Below, in pieces: positions 14,980 to 23,985 of a stretch of 64,000 nt of DNA. The first letter of the stretch is position 1. Each line of letters starts with the position of its first letter. The notes under the pieces were generated by a model. The model saw nothing but the letters and a program-made list of their open reading frames with translations, was not told the origin of the DNA and did no database searches. The translations under genes and the position numbers were made by a program. The stretch spans positions 8,026-72,025 of the forward strand of contig CAVVJJ010000005.1 in the NCBI GenBank assembly GCA_963748525.1, given 5' to 3'. This DNA is from an uncultured Alphaproteobacteria bacterium. GTDB lineage: Bacteria > Pseudomonadota > Alphaproteobacteria > Rhizobiales > Rhodomicrobiaceae.

Positions 14980-17346
14980 GTGTTTCAGGCCCGCGAGCGG
15001 GTGTTGGGCCCCGAGAATCCGAACACGCTTCAAATCCTCACCAATCTGGCGAATATCTATCGGGAGCAGGGCCGCTACGCGGACGCAGAGCCGCTATACA
15101 AGCGCGCTCTTCAGGGCTTTGAGAGGGTAAAGGGCCCCGAGGACCCCCTAACTCTGGGCAGCCTTAACAATCTCGCGTTGCTCTATCGTGAACAGGGCCG
15201 CTACGCGGATGCCGAGCCGCTTTATAAACGTGCGATCGAGGCCAGCGAGCGCGTGCTTGGAAAGGAGCATCCCGACACGCTCGGGAGCCGCAGCAACCTG
15301 GCTGTGCTCTATCAAGACCAGGGCCGCTATGCGGAGGCAGAGCCCCTTTATAAGCGCGTGCTCGAGGTCCAGCAGCGGGTGCTCGGCAAGGCGCATCCCT
15401 ATACGCTTGGCAGTCTCTACAATCTGGCATGGCTTGATTTCCAACTGGGCGACTGGGCAGGCGCCGCCCGATTGTGGCGGCGTAGCGCTGCCGCGATCGC
15501 TGAGCGGGAGCAGCGCAGCGCGCAGGATTCCGGGCAAGCCCTGACCGGCGAAAAGAAAAGCGAGGCGGATCGCGCGAGCAATCACTTTCTGGGTCTCATA
15601 AAGGCGGTGAGTCGCCTCGCGAGCGAAGGCCAGGCGCCCGGCGCACCCGCGGCGCGCGAGACGTTCGAGATAGCGCAATGGGCTGCCGGCTCCGAGGCGG
15701 CAAAATCGCTGGCGCAAATGGCGGCGCGTGGCGCCTCGCGGGATAAGGCGCTCGCTGTGCTGGCGCGCGAGCGCCAGGATCTCGTCGCGGAATGGCAGAA
15801 GCGCGACGGCTTGCGCAACGAATGGCTCGCCAAGACGCCGGATAAACGCAACGCCCAAGGCGAGGCCGAGAACACGGCCCGGCTTACCTCGATCGAGGCG
15901 CGCATCGGGGAGATTGACGGCATCCTGAAGGACAAATTCCCCGATTACGCCTCCCTCGCCAGTCCCGCGCCAATCAGCGTCGAGGATGCGCAGGCTCAGC
16001 TTCTTCCCAACGAGGCGCTGGTGCTTTTCCTCGATACACGGGAATGGAAGCCCACGCCGGAGGAGACCTTTATCTGGGTCGTGACCAAGACCGATATGCG
16101 CTGGGAGCGTTCCGATTTGGGCACGAAGGCCCTCTCCCGCGAAGTGCAGGCGCTGCGCTGCGGCCTCGACGACGCGGCGTGGGACGACCAGCCCTGTGCG
16201 GAACTTGCCGGCCAAAATTACACATACAAAGACCGGAATGACGGCAAGGCGCCGCCCTTCGATTTGGCCCGCGCCCATAAGCTCTACGAAGCGCTGTTTG
16301 GCCAGGTGGAGGATTTAATCAAGGGTAAAAGCCTCCTTATCGTGCCATCCGGACCGCTCACGCAATTGCCGTTCCAGGTGCTGTTGACGGCGGCGTCTCA
16401 AAGCGGCGATCACCGTTCCGCCCCTTGGCTCATCCGCGAGCATGCGCTCACCGTGCTGCCAGCCGTTTCCTCGCTGAAGGCGCTGCGGCGCGTCGCGCGG
16501 CCCAGCGCGGCGACGCGCGCGATGATTGGCTTCGGCAACCCGCTCCTCGACGGCGACCAGAGCGACAAGCAGCTCGGCGCCTATTTCAAGAAGCGCGCCC
16601 AGCTCGCCCGCGACAAACAGCGTTGCCCCGAGACGCCTTGGCAGCGCTTCGCCGCTCTCGTTGGAATAAGACGCGGGGTGGCGCAGGTTCAAACGCGCGG
16701 CGAACTCGCCGACGCCGATTTCCTGCGTATGCAGGCGCCGCTGCCGGAGACCGCTGATGAACTTTGCGCCGTCGCCCGCGACGTGAACGCCGATCTGGCC
16801 GAAATCCGGCTCGGCGCCCGCGCCACCGAGCGCGAAGTGAAGCGCCTGAGCGAGACGGGCGAACTCGCTCGCTATCGCATCGTTCATTTCGCCACCCATG
16901 GCGCGCTGGCGGGGCAAGTTACGGGCAATGCCGAGCCGGGCCTGCTGTTGACGCCCCCCGAAAGCCCGAGCGAGGGTGACGATGGCTATCTCACCGCGTC
17001 CGAAATCGCCGGCCTGAAGCTCGACGCCGACTGGGTGATCCTGTCGGCCTGCAACACGGCCGCCGGCGGCGCAAAAGGCGCCGAGGCGCTATCGGGCCTT
17101 GCGCGCGCCTTCATCTATGCGCAGGCGCGCGCGCTCCTTGTCTCGCATTGGGAGGTGAATTCGGACGCCACCGTCAAGCTCATAACCGGCGCCATACGCC
17201 GGCTTGCGGCGGACAAGGCCATGGGCCGCGCGGAGGCGATGCGCCAATCCATGCTCGCGCTTATCGACGGCGGCGCGCACGAAGAGACGCATCCCGCCTT
17301 TTGGGCGCCGTTCGTGCTCGTCGGCGAGGGTGGAGCCGGGAGATAG
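14980..17346 (+). CDS. TPR-repeat + CHAT-domain caspase-like protease, apparently 5'-truncated
   Basis: Repeated units read LG.EHPDTL.S..NLA.LY..QGRYA.AEPLYKRAL. The CHAT His/Cys dyad context is RIVHFATHG ... DWVILSACNTAAGG. The reading frame is open upstream into the Hsp70-like remnant, and the only start is a GTG without an SD. Confidence 0.75.
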   Translation: MFQARERVLGPENPNTLQILTNLANIYREQGRYADAEPLYKRALQGFERVKGPEDPLTLGSLNNLALLYREQGRYADAEPLYKRAIEASERVLGKEHPDTLGSRSNLAVLYQDQGRYAEAEPLYKRVLEVQQRVLGKAHPYTLGSLYNLAWLDFQLGDWAGAARLWRRSAAAIAEREQRSAQDSGQALTGEKKSEADRASNHFLGLIKAVSRLASEGQAPGAPAARETFEIAQWAAGSEAAKSLAQMAARGASRDKALAVLARERQDLVAEWQKRDGLRNEWLAKTPDKRNAQGEAENTARLTSIEARIGEIDGILKDKFPDYASLASPAPISVEDAQAQLLPNEALVLFLDTREWKPTPEETFIWVVTKTDMRWERSDLGTKALSREVQALRCGLDDAAWDDQPCAELAGQNYTYKDRNDGKAPPFDLARAHKLYEALFGQVEDLIKGKSLLIVPSGPLTQLPFQVLLTAASQSGDHRSAPWLIREHALTVLPAVSSLKALRRVARPSAATRAMIGFGNPLLDGDQSDKQLGAYFKKRAQLARDKQRCPETPWQRFAALVGIRRGVAQVQTRGELADADFLRMQAPLPETADELCAVARDVNADLAEIRLGARATEREVKRLSETGELARYRIVHFATHGALAGQVTGNAEPGLLLTPPESPSEGDDGYLTASEIAGLKLDADWVILSACNTAAGGAKGAEALSGLARAFIYAQARALLVSHWEVNSDATVKLITGAIRRLAADKAMGRAEAMRQSMLALIDGGAHEETHPAFWAPFVLVGEGGAGR

Positions 17347-17464
17347 ATCGCTTCCGCTGTTGTCCAGCATGAGCGGACTGATCCTGGCCCGGGTCGAGTT
17401 CGCCGCTCCGGGTCATAAGTGACGGTTTTCCAAGCGGATTCAGCGAGTCTGCTCTACCTCCAGT

Positions 17465-17490
17465 AGCCGAAGGAATTTTTGCGACCGCGA
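17465..17490. repeat. Copy 1 of a dispersed intergenic repeat (agccgaaggaatttttgcgaccgcga)
   Basis: 25 of 26 nt are identical to 25323..25348. Weaker similarity extends about 30 nt upstream. Confidence 0.7.
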
Positions 17491-17671
17491 TGGCGCTCCG
17501 GGTCAGGTGGGGCGTTTATTCAGGAAAATAAGCGAGGCCGCTAATCCTTCAGCAGCCGTAAAGATTTTTGCAAGTGCGAGAAATGGCGTTGGCCAGGCTG
17601 GGATTTCTCGGGCGCGGCAGCTTTATCTTCCGCTTCCGGTAGGGTCGGCAAGGCTTGGTCGCCCCGTTCTG

Positions 17672-18067
17672 TCACGGTGCGCTCTCAAGCGCATCTGTGA
17701 CGGCCTTGGGATTTCGCGCGATCACCTTAAGATAGGCTCGCGCGCAGGTGTCGGGTTCGCTCTTGCCTTGTTCCCAATCACTAAGCGTGCCGAGAGGGAT
17801 ATGGAAGTGAGCGGCAAACTCCTCCTGAGTGAGCCCCAAAGCCCGTCGCATCACTCTCACCTGAGGGATGCGCCGCAGCTTCTTCTCGCGTTCCGGCGTG
17901 CGCGGCTTGTTGTCGGGATCGGAAAGGGCAGCGGCTTCTATGACCTCGTCACTTTGCTTAGGGAGCGGTCCAGGATCTGGCAGCGCTTTTTCCCGGCCAT
18001 CGGCAAGTTCCCGGACAAGCTTCCCGTCAGTCCTCCTGCGCCGCACGATAATAGTTTCGTCTTTCAT
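17672..18067 (-). CDS. HTH (XRE-like) antitoxin partnered with the BrnT-family toxin
   Basis: Reads MKDETIIV...MRRALGLTQEEFAAHFHIPLGTLSDWEQGKSEPDTCARAYLKVIARNP. The start overlaps the toxin stop (ATGA). Confidence 0.7.
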   Translation of the reverse strand: MKDETIIVRRRRTDGKLVRELADGREKALPDPGPLPKQSDEVIEAAALSDPDNKPRTPEREKKLRRIPQVRVMRRALGLTQEEFAAHFHIPLGTLSDWEQGKSEPDTCARAYLKVIARNPKAVTDALESAP

Positions 18068-18441
18068 AGTCTGTCGCCTCGCGCGCCGAAATAATGCGAA
18101 CACGCTCTTCGCGTTCGGTACACAACCACCAATATGCCGTCCCCAACACGGCCCATTAGCAGGAAGCGGTCTTCCCCGTAGTCTTCGCTCTCATCGAGTT
18201 CGACAAGAGCGAACGGATCCTCGAAGGCGATAACCGCGTGCTCAAACCTTACGCCGTGCTTTTTGAAGTTGGCGGCTGCCTTGGCGCGATCCCACTCGAA
18301 GTCGATTGCTGAGCAAGTGGATATCTGAAAGTGGGGGTGGAGCGGAAACCTCCATTCCGAGCAGAACTCACCCTTGGGGCCATCAACGACCCTTGGACTT
18401 TTGAAATTCGATAGCCCGGATATCTCACCAAGATCGCTCAA
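18064..18441 (-). CDS. brnT: BrnT-family toxin. The C-terminus is probably frameshifted and the N-terminal start is uncertain.
   Basis: Reads FEWDRAKAAANFKKHGVRFEHAVIAFEDPFALVELDESEDYGEDRFLLMGRVGDGILVVV. The family-typical tail TEREERVRIISAREATDYERR is in another frame that would end at 18027. Confidence 0.65.
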   Translation of the reverse strand: MSDLGEISGLSNFKSPRVVDGPKGEFCSEWRFPLHPHFQISTCSAIDFEWDRAKAAANFKKHGVRFEHAVIAFEDPFALVELDESEDYGEDRFLLMGRVGDGILVVVYRTRRACSHYFGARGDRL

Positions 18442-18472
18442 TCGCCTTGGAAGCGCTTCTGTGTTCTATGCC

Positions 18473-19414
18473 TCAATCGCTCAGCATTATCTCAGACTCG
18501 GCGACGCGGTCCCAATGGGGAACCGCGCCAAAGCGCTCGACAAGAAAATCGATAAAGGTGCGAACCTTGGGCGGCGGTCGACGATCTGGAGGGTACACGG
18601 CAAAAATGCCTTCCAAGGGAGCCGGTTGGCGATCGAGCCTGAGCGGGACGAGCAGCCCTTCCGCGATCTCCCGAGCGACCAGGAATATCGGCTGGCAAAC
18701 GATGCCCTGTCCGGCAATCGCGGCAGCGACAAGCGCATCGCCATTATTGGCTTTCAGGCTTCCGCTCACCGGTACGCTGATTTTTTTCTCATCGCCGAAT
18801 TGCCAACGGCCTGCGCCAGTGCTCCGCGAAAGCGTGTAACCAAGGCAATTGTGGTATGCGAGTTCATCAACCGTCCTTGGCGCGCCTTTTTCCTTGAGAT
18901 AGGCGGGTGCGGCGCAAACAACTGTGCGGCAAGGGGCGAGCTTCCGCGCAATGAGGCTTGTATCTTCCATGTTCCCAATTCGCACGGCGAGATCCCAACC
19001 CTCTTCTATGAGATCGATGCGCCGGTCATTGAGGCCGAGATCGATGGTTATGCCGGTGTGGTTTCGCAGAAAGTGAGGGATTAGCGGAGCGATCTCTCGC
19101 ACGCCGAATGAGACGGGCGCGTTGAGACGAAGCGTGCCGCGGACTTCGACAGCGCCTGCGGCGGCTTCGGCTTCGGCGGCGTTCACCTCGCCAAGGATGC
19201 GTTCGACGGCATCGAGATAAGTCCGTCCCGCCTCGGTCAGCGTGAGCCGCCGCGTGGTCCGGTGCATGAGCTTCAGGCCGAGACGAGCCTCAAGGGCCGC
19301 CACGTGCTTTGTCGCCATGGTCTGCGACATGCCGAGGGAGCGTGCAGCCGCAGACAGGCTGCCTAAAGCTGCCACGCTCGCAAACACCTGCATTCCGGTC
19401 AAACGGTCGAGCAT
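18473..19414 (-). CDS. LysR-family transcriptional regulator
   Basis: Reads MLDRLTGMQVFASVAALGSLSAAARSLGMSQTMATKHVAALEARLGLKLMHRTTRRLTLTEAG. It is divergent from the downstream operon. Confidence 0.9.
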   Translation of the reverse strand: MLDRLTGMQVFASVAALGSLSAAARSLGMSQTMATKHVAALEARLGLKLMHRTTRRLTLTEAGRTYLDAVERILGEVNAAEAEAAAGAVEVRGTLRLNAPVSFGVREIAPLIPHFLRNHTGITIDLGLNDRRIDLIEEGWDLAVRIGNMEDTSLIARKLAPCRTVVCAAPAYLKEKGAPRTVDELAYHNCLGYTLSRSTGAGRWQFGDEKKISVPVSGSLKANNGDALVAAAIAGQGIVCQPIFLVAREIAEGLLVPLRLDRQPAPLEGIFAVYPPDRRPPPKVRTFIDFLVERFGAVPHWDRVAESEIMLSD

Positions 19415-19523
19415 TTCCCATCGCTCTCACACTGTCGGTGGGAGATGATAGCACCAGAAAGGGAATTATCCATCGGCGCGTTGAGTGGCATCTAGGCGAC
19501 ATGTCCATTCAACGGAGGCTCTC

Positions 19524-19958
19524 ATGATCGACACACGAACTGCTCCTTATGCAGCGCTTCTTTTGCGCGTCAGCCTTGGCGTTCGCTTCCTGGCCCACGG
19601 GCTTCTGCTCAAGGTCCTCACCTTTACCGTTCCGGGAACGGTCGGCTATTTCCAGAGCATCGGCTATCCCGGCTGGTTCGCCTATCTTGTTATCGCAGGC
19701 GAAATAGGCGCTGGCATTCTGCTTATTCTCGGGACATACACCCGCGTGATTTCGCTGATGGCGCTTCCCATCCTCATCGGCGCGACGCTGCAGCATATTG
19801 GCAATGGCTGGGTCTTCTCGGGCGCTGGCGGCGGCTGGGAATTCCCCGTCTTCTGGATTGCAGCGCTCTGTGTGCAGGCGCTCCTTGGCGGCGGCGCCTT
19901 CGCCTGGCGGCCGTCTTTCGGACTGGCGTCGCCGAAACGCGTTGAACACGCGCTTTAA
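19524..19958 (+). CDS. DoxX-family membrane protein
   Basis: Reads APYAALLLRVSLGVRFLAHGLLLKV and has four hydrophobic segments. GGAGG lies 6 nt upstream of the ATG at 19524. Confidence 0.8.
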   Translation: MIDTRTAPYAALLLRVSLGVRFLAHGLLLKVLTFTVPGTVGYFQSIGYPGWFAYLVIAGEIGAGILLILGTYTRVISLMALPILIGATLQHIGNGWVFSGAGGGWEFPVFWIAALCVQALLGGGAFAWRPSFGLASPKRVEHAL

Positions 19959-19975
19959 CAACTGAGAGGGTCGCC

Positions 19976-20506
19976 ATGACTGAAACCGCGCCAGTTCTTC
20001 CAGCAATCGAACCGCACCTGACGCCACGCGCGATCAATCCTGGCGTCCGCATCGGCCACGTGCATCTGAAAGTGGCCGACCTCGACCGCGCGCTCGCCTT
20101 CTATTGCGGCGTGCTTGGGTTCGAGCTGAAGCAGCGGTTCGGCAATCAGGCGGCCTTTCTCGCGGCTGGCGGCTATCATCACCACATCGGGCTGAACACT
20201 TGGGAAAGCAAAGGCGGCTCCGCGCCGCCGCCTAGGGCGACTGGCCTCTACCACGTCGCCCTTCTTTATCCCTCGCGAGCCGCATTGGCCGATGCCTTGA
20301 AGCGCTTGCTCGCCGCCGATTTTCCCATCGAGGGCGCCGCCGATCACGGCGTCGGCGAGGCGATTTACCTGCGCGATCCTGACGGCAATGGCGTCGAACT
20401 TTGCTGGGACCGGCCCGAGGCCGAATGGCCTCGCAATGGAGACGGAACAATCGCGATGACGACCGAGTATCTCGATCTTCGCGCGCTCCTGCGCGAAGCG
20501 GTATGA
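19976..20506 (+). CDS. VOC-family (glyoxalase/dioxygenase-fold) protein
   Basis: Reads IGHVHLKVADLDRALAFYCGVLGFEL...GLYHVALLYP...AIYLRDPDGNGVEL. Confidence 0.85.
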   Translation: MTETAPVLPAIEPHLTPRAINPGVRIGHVHLKVADLDRALAFYCGVLGFELKQRFGNQAAFLAAGGYHHHIGLNTWESKGGSAPPPRATGLYHVALLYPSRAALADALKRLLAADFPIEGAADHGVGEAIYLRDPDGNGVELCWDRPEAEWPRNGDGTIAMTTEYLDLRALLREAV

Positions 20507-20533
20507 CCTTTCAACAGGAACAGGAACACAATC

Positions 20534-21085
20534 ATGAGCGCCTATAAGATCGCCGTCATCGTCGGCAGCTTGCGCCGCGACTCGCTGAACCGCCGCCTCG
20601 CCGCCGGCCTGGCTGAGATGGCGCCGGCCGATTTCTCATTCCAGGACGTCGAGATCGGGGATTTGCCGCTCTACAATCAGGACGAGGAGGCTTCGCCCGC
20701 GCCTTCGGTCAAGCGGCTCAAGGCGGACATCGCCTCGGCGCAGGGGCTGCTCTTCGTGACGCCGGAGTATAATCGCTCCATTCCCGGCGTCCTCAAGAAT
20801 GCAATCGACCACGCCTCGCGGCCCTATGGGCAAAGCGTGTGGTCGGGCAAACCGGCCGGCGTGATCGGCGTTTCGATCGGCGCCCTTGGAACGTCGCTTG
20901 CTCAGCAGCATCTGCGGAACATCCTCGCCTATCTCGATGCGCCGACGCTCGGGCAGCCGGAGGCTTTCATCCAGGCGAAGGACGGCCTGTTCGAAGCCTA
21001 TGGCAGAATCGGCGGCGGGAGCCGGGAGTTCCTCCAGGCTTGGATGGATCGCTATGCGGCGTGGGTCAAATGGCACAACGCCTGA
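20534..21085 (+). CDS. NADPH-dependent FMN reductase (ChrR/YieF-like)
   Basis: Reads KIAVIVGSLRRDSLNRRLA...LLFVTPEYNRSIPGVLKNAIDHASRP. Confidence 0.85.
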   Translation: MSAYKIAVIVGSLRRDSLNRRLAAGLAEMAPADFSFQDVEIGDLPLYNQDEEASPAPSVKRLKADIASAQGLLFVTPEYNRSIPGVLKNAIDHASRPYGQSVWSGKPAGVIGVSIGALGTSLAQQHLRNILAYLDAPTLGQPEAFIQAKDGLFEAYGRIGGGSREFLQAWMDRYAAWVKWHNA

Positions 21086-21104
21086 CCGGCAGGAGAGCTT
21101 ATTC

Positions 21105-22058
21105 ATGCTCGTGAACGGCCAATGGAGGTCGGATTGGCATCCGGTCCAGGCAACCGACGCCAAAGGCGGCTTCGTCCGGCAAACCTCCAGTTTCCGCAAC
21201 TGGGTTACGCCCGATGGCGCGCCGGGGCCGACCGGCCGCGGCGGCTTCAAGGCCGAGGCGGGCCGCTATCATCTTTATGCTGCGCTCATCTGCCCCTGGG
21301 CCTCTCGCACGCTCATCGCGCGAAAACTGAAGCGGCTCGATGATGCGGTGGGCGTCACCATTGTCGAGCCTCAGATCGCCGAACAAGGGTGGCGTTTCGG
21401 GGACCACCCAGGCGCCGGCCGCGATACGCTCAATGGCGCGACTTACCTCCACGAACTCTATTCACGCGCCGATCCGCACTTTACCGGACGCGCAACAGTC
21501 CCGGTGCTGTGGGACGCCAAGACAAGCGCCATCGTCAATAACGAGTCCGCCGACATCGTGCGGATGTTCAATTCCGGTTTCGGGGCGCTGGCCGACGACG
21601 CCGTCGACCTTTACCCGGAAGCGCTGCGGCGCGAGATCGACGCATGGAACGCGCGCATCTATCCGTCGCTCAACAATGGCGTCTATCGCGCAGGTTTTGC
21701 GACCACGCAGGCCGCCTACGAAGAGGCTTACGAAGCGGTTTTCGCCATGCTCGACGAACTGGAGCGGCATCTGGAAAACCGAAAGTATCTCATTGGCGAG
21801 CGCCTTACTGAAACCGACATCCGTCTGTTCGTGACCCTTGTGCGCTTCGATGTGGCCTATCACGGCCTGTTCAAATGCAATCGCAAACGCATCGCCGACT
21901 ATCCCGCGCTGACCGCCTATCTGAGGCGCATGCTTTCGGCGCCCGAGATCCGCGAGACGGTGAACATCGACCATATCAAGCAGGGCTACTACTCGATCCG
22001 CGCTCTCAATCCGAGCGGTATCGTCCCTCTCGGACCGCAGCTTGGCGCCGAATTCTGA
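21105..22058 (+). CDS. yqjG: Glutathionyl-hydroquinone reductase (Xi-class GST, YqjG-like)
   Basis: Reads FRNWVTPDGAPGPTGRGGFKAEAGRYHLYAALICPWASRTLI...ATVPVLWDAKTSAIVNNESADIVRMFN. Confidence 0.85.
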   Translation: MLVNGQWRSDWHPVQATDAKGGFVRQTSSFRNWVTPDGAPGPTGRGGFKAEAGRYHLYAALICPWASRTLIARKLKRLDDAVGVTIVEPQIAEQGWRFGDHPGAGRDTLNGATYLHELYSRADPHFTGRATVPVLWDAKTSAIVNNESADIVRMFNSGFGALADDAVDLYPEALRREIDAWNARIYPSLNNGVYRAGFATTQAAYEEAYEAVFAMLDELERHLENRKYLIGERLTETDIRLFVTLVRFDVAYHGLFKCNRKRIADYPALTAYLRRMLSAPEIRETVNIDHIKQGYYSIRALNPSGIVPLGPQLGAEF

Positions 22059-22362
22059 CCCGTGCAGCGGGTCAAGGCAGCCTTGGCGCGACTGGCTCGG
22101 CGCTGACAAGAACGCTCAGACAGAACCAATTCCACGCGCCTTCTCAGAACGGCCCGGCAAAGTTACCCGACACGATGAGCGCGCCAAAGTCTATTTGGGC
22201 AGCGGTGGGTCAAGGCGCGGTCTGATTCACGATTTCAAGTGGAACGCTCAACCCTCGTAGCTGGCGGAATTTTTGAATGCAAGAAACGGCGCTCGGGGCC
22301 AATAGCAGAATGGTGGCTTGAACCGTGGCATCCGCTCCTTTAGGGGACGGGGCGAGATCCTC

Positions 22363-22839
22363 TTATTGCCGCGAGGGAGGCCCAGGCTGCCAATCCGCAA
22401 GCTTCGACCTGCCAGTCGGCGACATTTTCGCTGCCGCGGATACGATCACATTCTGCAACAGCTGATTGAGACGGAGGCTCGCTGCTTCTGCCTCCGACAT
22501 TGCTTTGCGCGCAGCCTCTGCATCGTAGGTTTGAGCACTCAACGTGAGCCGCACGTTGTCCCGGGCGCGGTGGGCCGCTGTGTGCGCTTCGTCGACGGCC
22601 TCGGACTTTTTTCCAAATTCCGTTCGAAGCACGCTCGCATCCTCAGCCGGGAGGCGGGAGGCAAGCCTCTCAAACTGGTACGCCGGGCCGCCTTTTCCCG
22701 GGGACATCGGCTGGTGCAAGGCGGAACTCAATAAGAACGCCGCTATGCCGCAGATCAGGAAGGCGTTCAGGGCCAGGGACCACAGGAGGAGCCCGCGCCG
22801 GGGGCGCCCTTCTGAAACAACAGTCTCTTGATCGCTCAT
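22363..22839 (-). CDS. Periplasmic Spy/CpxP-like (heavy-metal-sensor type) protein with a membrane anchor
   Basis: 158 aa with one N-terminal TM and a helical Ala/Glu-rich body. An ATGA overlap links it to the anti-sigma gene. Confidence 0.55.
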   Translation of the reverse strand: MSDQETVVSEGRPRRGLLLWSLALNAFLICGIAAFLLSSALHQPMSPGKGGPAYQFERLASRLPAEDASVLRTEFGKKSEAVDEAHTAAHRARDNVRLTLSAQTYDAEAARKAMSEAEAASLRLNQLLQNVIVSAAAKMSPTGRSKLADWQPGPPSRQ

Positions 22840-23351
22840 CAGAATGTTCCGATCGAGGTGTCTGTTTGGAAGAGGACAGCGGTCACGTCTGCGCTGGCTT
22901 CCTCCGGGGCTGCCGCCAGATCCTGCCGGGCCACCATGCTTTGCTGGGCCCAGAACAGACCTAAGGCGACGCCAAGAGCCGCTGCGAAGGAAAGCGCTGC
23001 AACCTGCCGCAGGAGGGCTCCTTGCGCTGGCAAAAACGCCCATGGCTTTGGCTTCTGCCGGATGGGCCGCGCTTGAACCGGCGCCTTTGTGTTTAGTCTC
23101 TCCTGGGCCGGCAGTTTTCTGGGAAGGCCAGCAAGAATGCGGGAAGCGATTTCCTCGTTCCCTCCTCCAAACTGCCCACGGGTGAGGTTGTGCTGAATCA
23201 ATCGGTCGAGGCGGCGCGCTTCCTCGAACGCTTCCGCAGCAGTTGGGTCGCTCGCGATAAGGCGCTCAGCCGCAATCCGGTCGGCCCCCGGCCATGCCAA
23301 GAGATCGCTGCCGTGGCTATCGAGAAGGTCTTGAAATCGGTCGCGGTTCAT
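22839..23351 (-). CDS. Anti-sigma factor (single TM)
   Basis: 170 aa, directly downstream of the ECF sigma gene. It has an N-terminal cytoplasmic helix region and one hydrophobic segment, VAALSFAAALGVALGLFW. Confidence 0.65.
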   Translation of the reverse strand: MNRDRFQDLLDSHGSDLLAWPGADRIAAERLIASDPTAAEAFEEARRLDRLIQHNLTRGQFGGGNEEIASRILAGLPRKLPAQERLNTKAPVQARPIRQKPKPWAFLPAQGALLRQVAALSFAAALGVALGLFWAQQSMVARQDLAAAPEEASADVTAVLFQTDTSIGTF

Positions 23352-23361
23352 GCTGGCTTCC

Positions 23362-23985
23362 TCAGCTTGCTGTATCGGGTCTCGCGCCCAACTCGGCGCG
23401 GAGCATTCTCTTCGCGCGGACGAGAAGAGCCTCGACGCTTGAAATCGTGGTTTCGAGCACAGACGCCGTCTCGGCGTTGCTTAATCCTTCGTAGTAAGTG
23501 AGCACGATAGCGGCCCGCTGCCGGTCGGGAAGGTTCGCGATCGCGGTTGCGACAAGCCTGTCCGTTTCGCGCCTCTCAAGCTCCTCGGCAGCGGATGGGG
23601 AGGGATCGGCTGGATCGCAGGCTTCGTCAAGCGGGGCGAAACCTTTTTGGCGCTGCCTGTTCAGGCAAAGATTGAAGCTCACCCGATAAAGCCAGGTCCT
23701 GAAAGCTGCATCCGGGCGCCAGCGTGGCGCGCTGACCCAGACACGGATCATGGCCTCCTGAACGACCTCTTCGGCATCGGCGTCATTTCCGAGCATGCGC
23801 CTCGTCAGCGCAAATGTTTTCGCGGCATGACGGCCGGCAAGGCATCGAAAAGCGGATTCATCGCCTCGGGCCACGCGCAGCATCAAATCCTCGTCGCTCG
23901 TCTCTTCCAAGCCGCTTGCTTCCTGCGGTGTTTCACCGTGATGCGCCTGGGATCGCGGCGCTGGGCTATATTTGAGTGATGACAT
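23362..23985 (-). CDS. ECF-type RNA polymerase sigma-70 factor
   Basis: Region 2 reads DADAEEVVQEAMIRVWV...FRTWLYRVSFNLCLNRQR. Region 4 reads LPDRQRAAIVLTYYEGLSNAETASVLETTISSVEALLVRAKRML. Confidence 0.9.
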   Translation of the reverse strand: MSSLKYSPAPRSQAHHGETPQEASGLEETSDEDLMLRVARGDESAFRCLAGRHAAKTFALTRRMLGNDADAEEVVQEAMIRVWVSAPRWRPDAAFRTWLYRVSFNLCLNRQRQKGFAPLDEACDPADPSPSAAEELERRETDRLVATAIANLPDRQRAAIVLTYYEGLSNAETASVLETTISSVEALLVRAKRMLRAELGARPDTAS

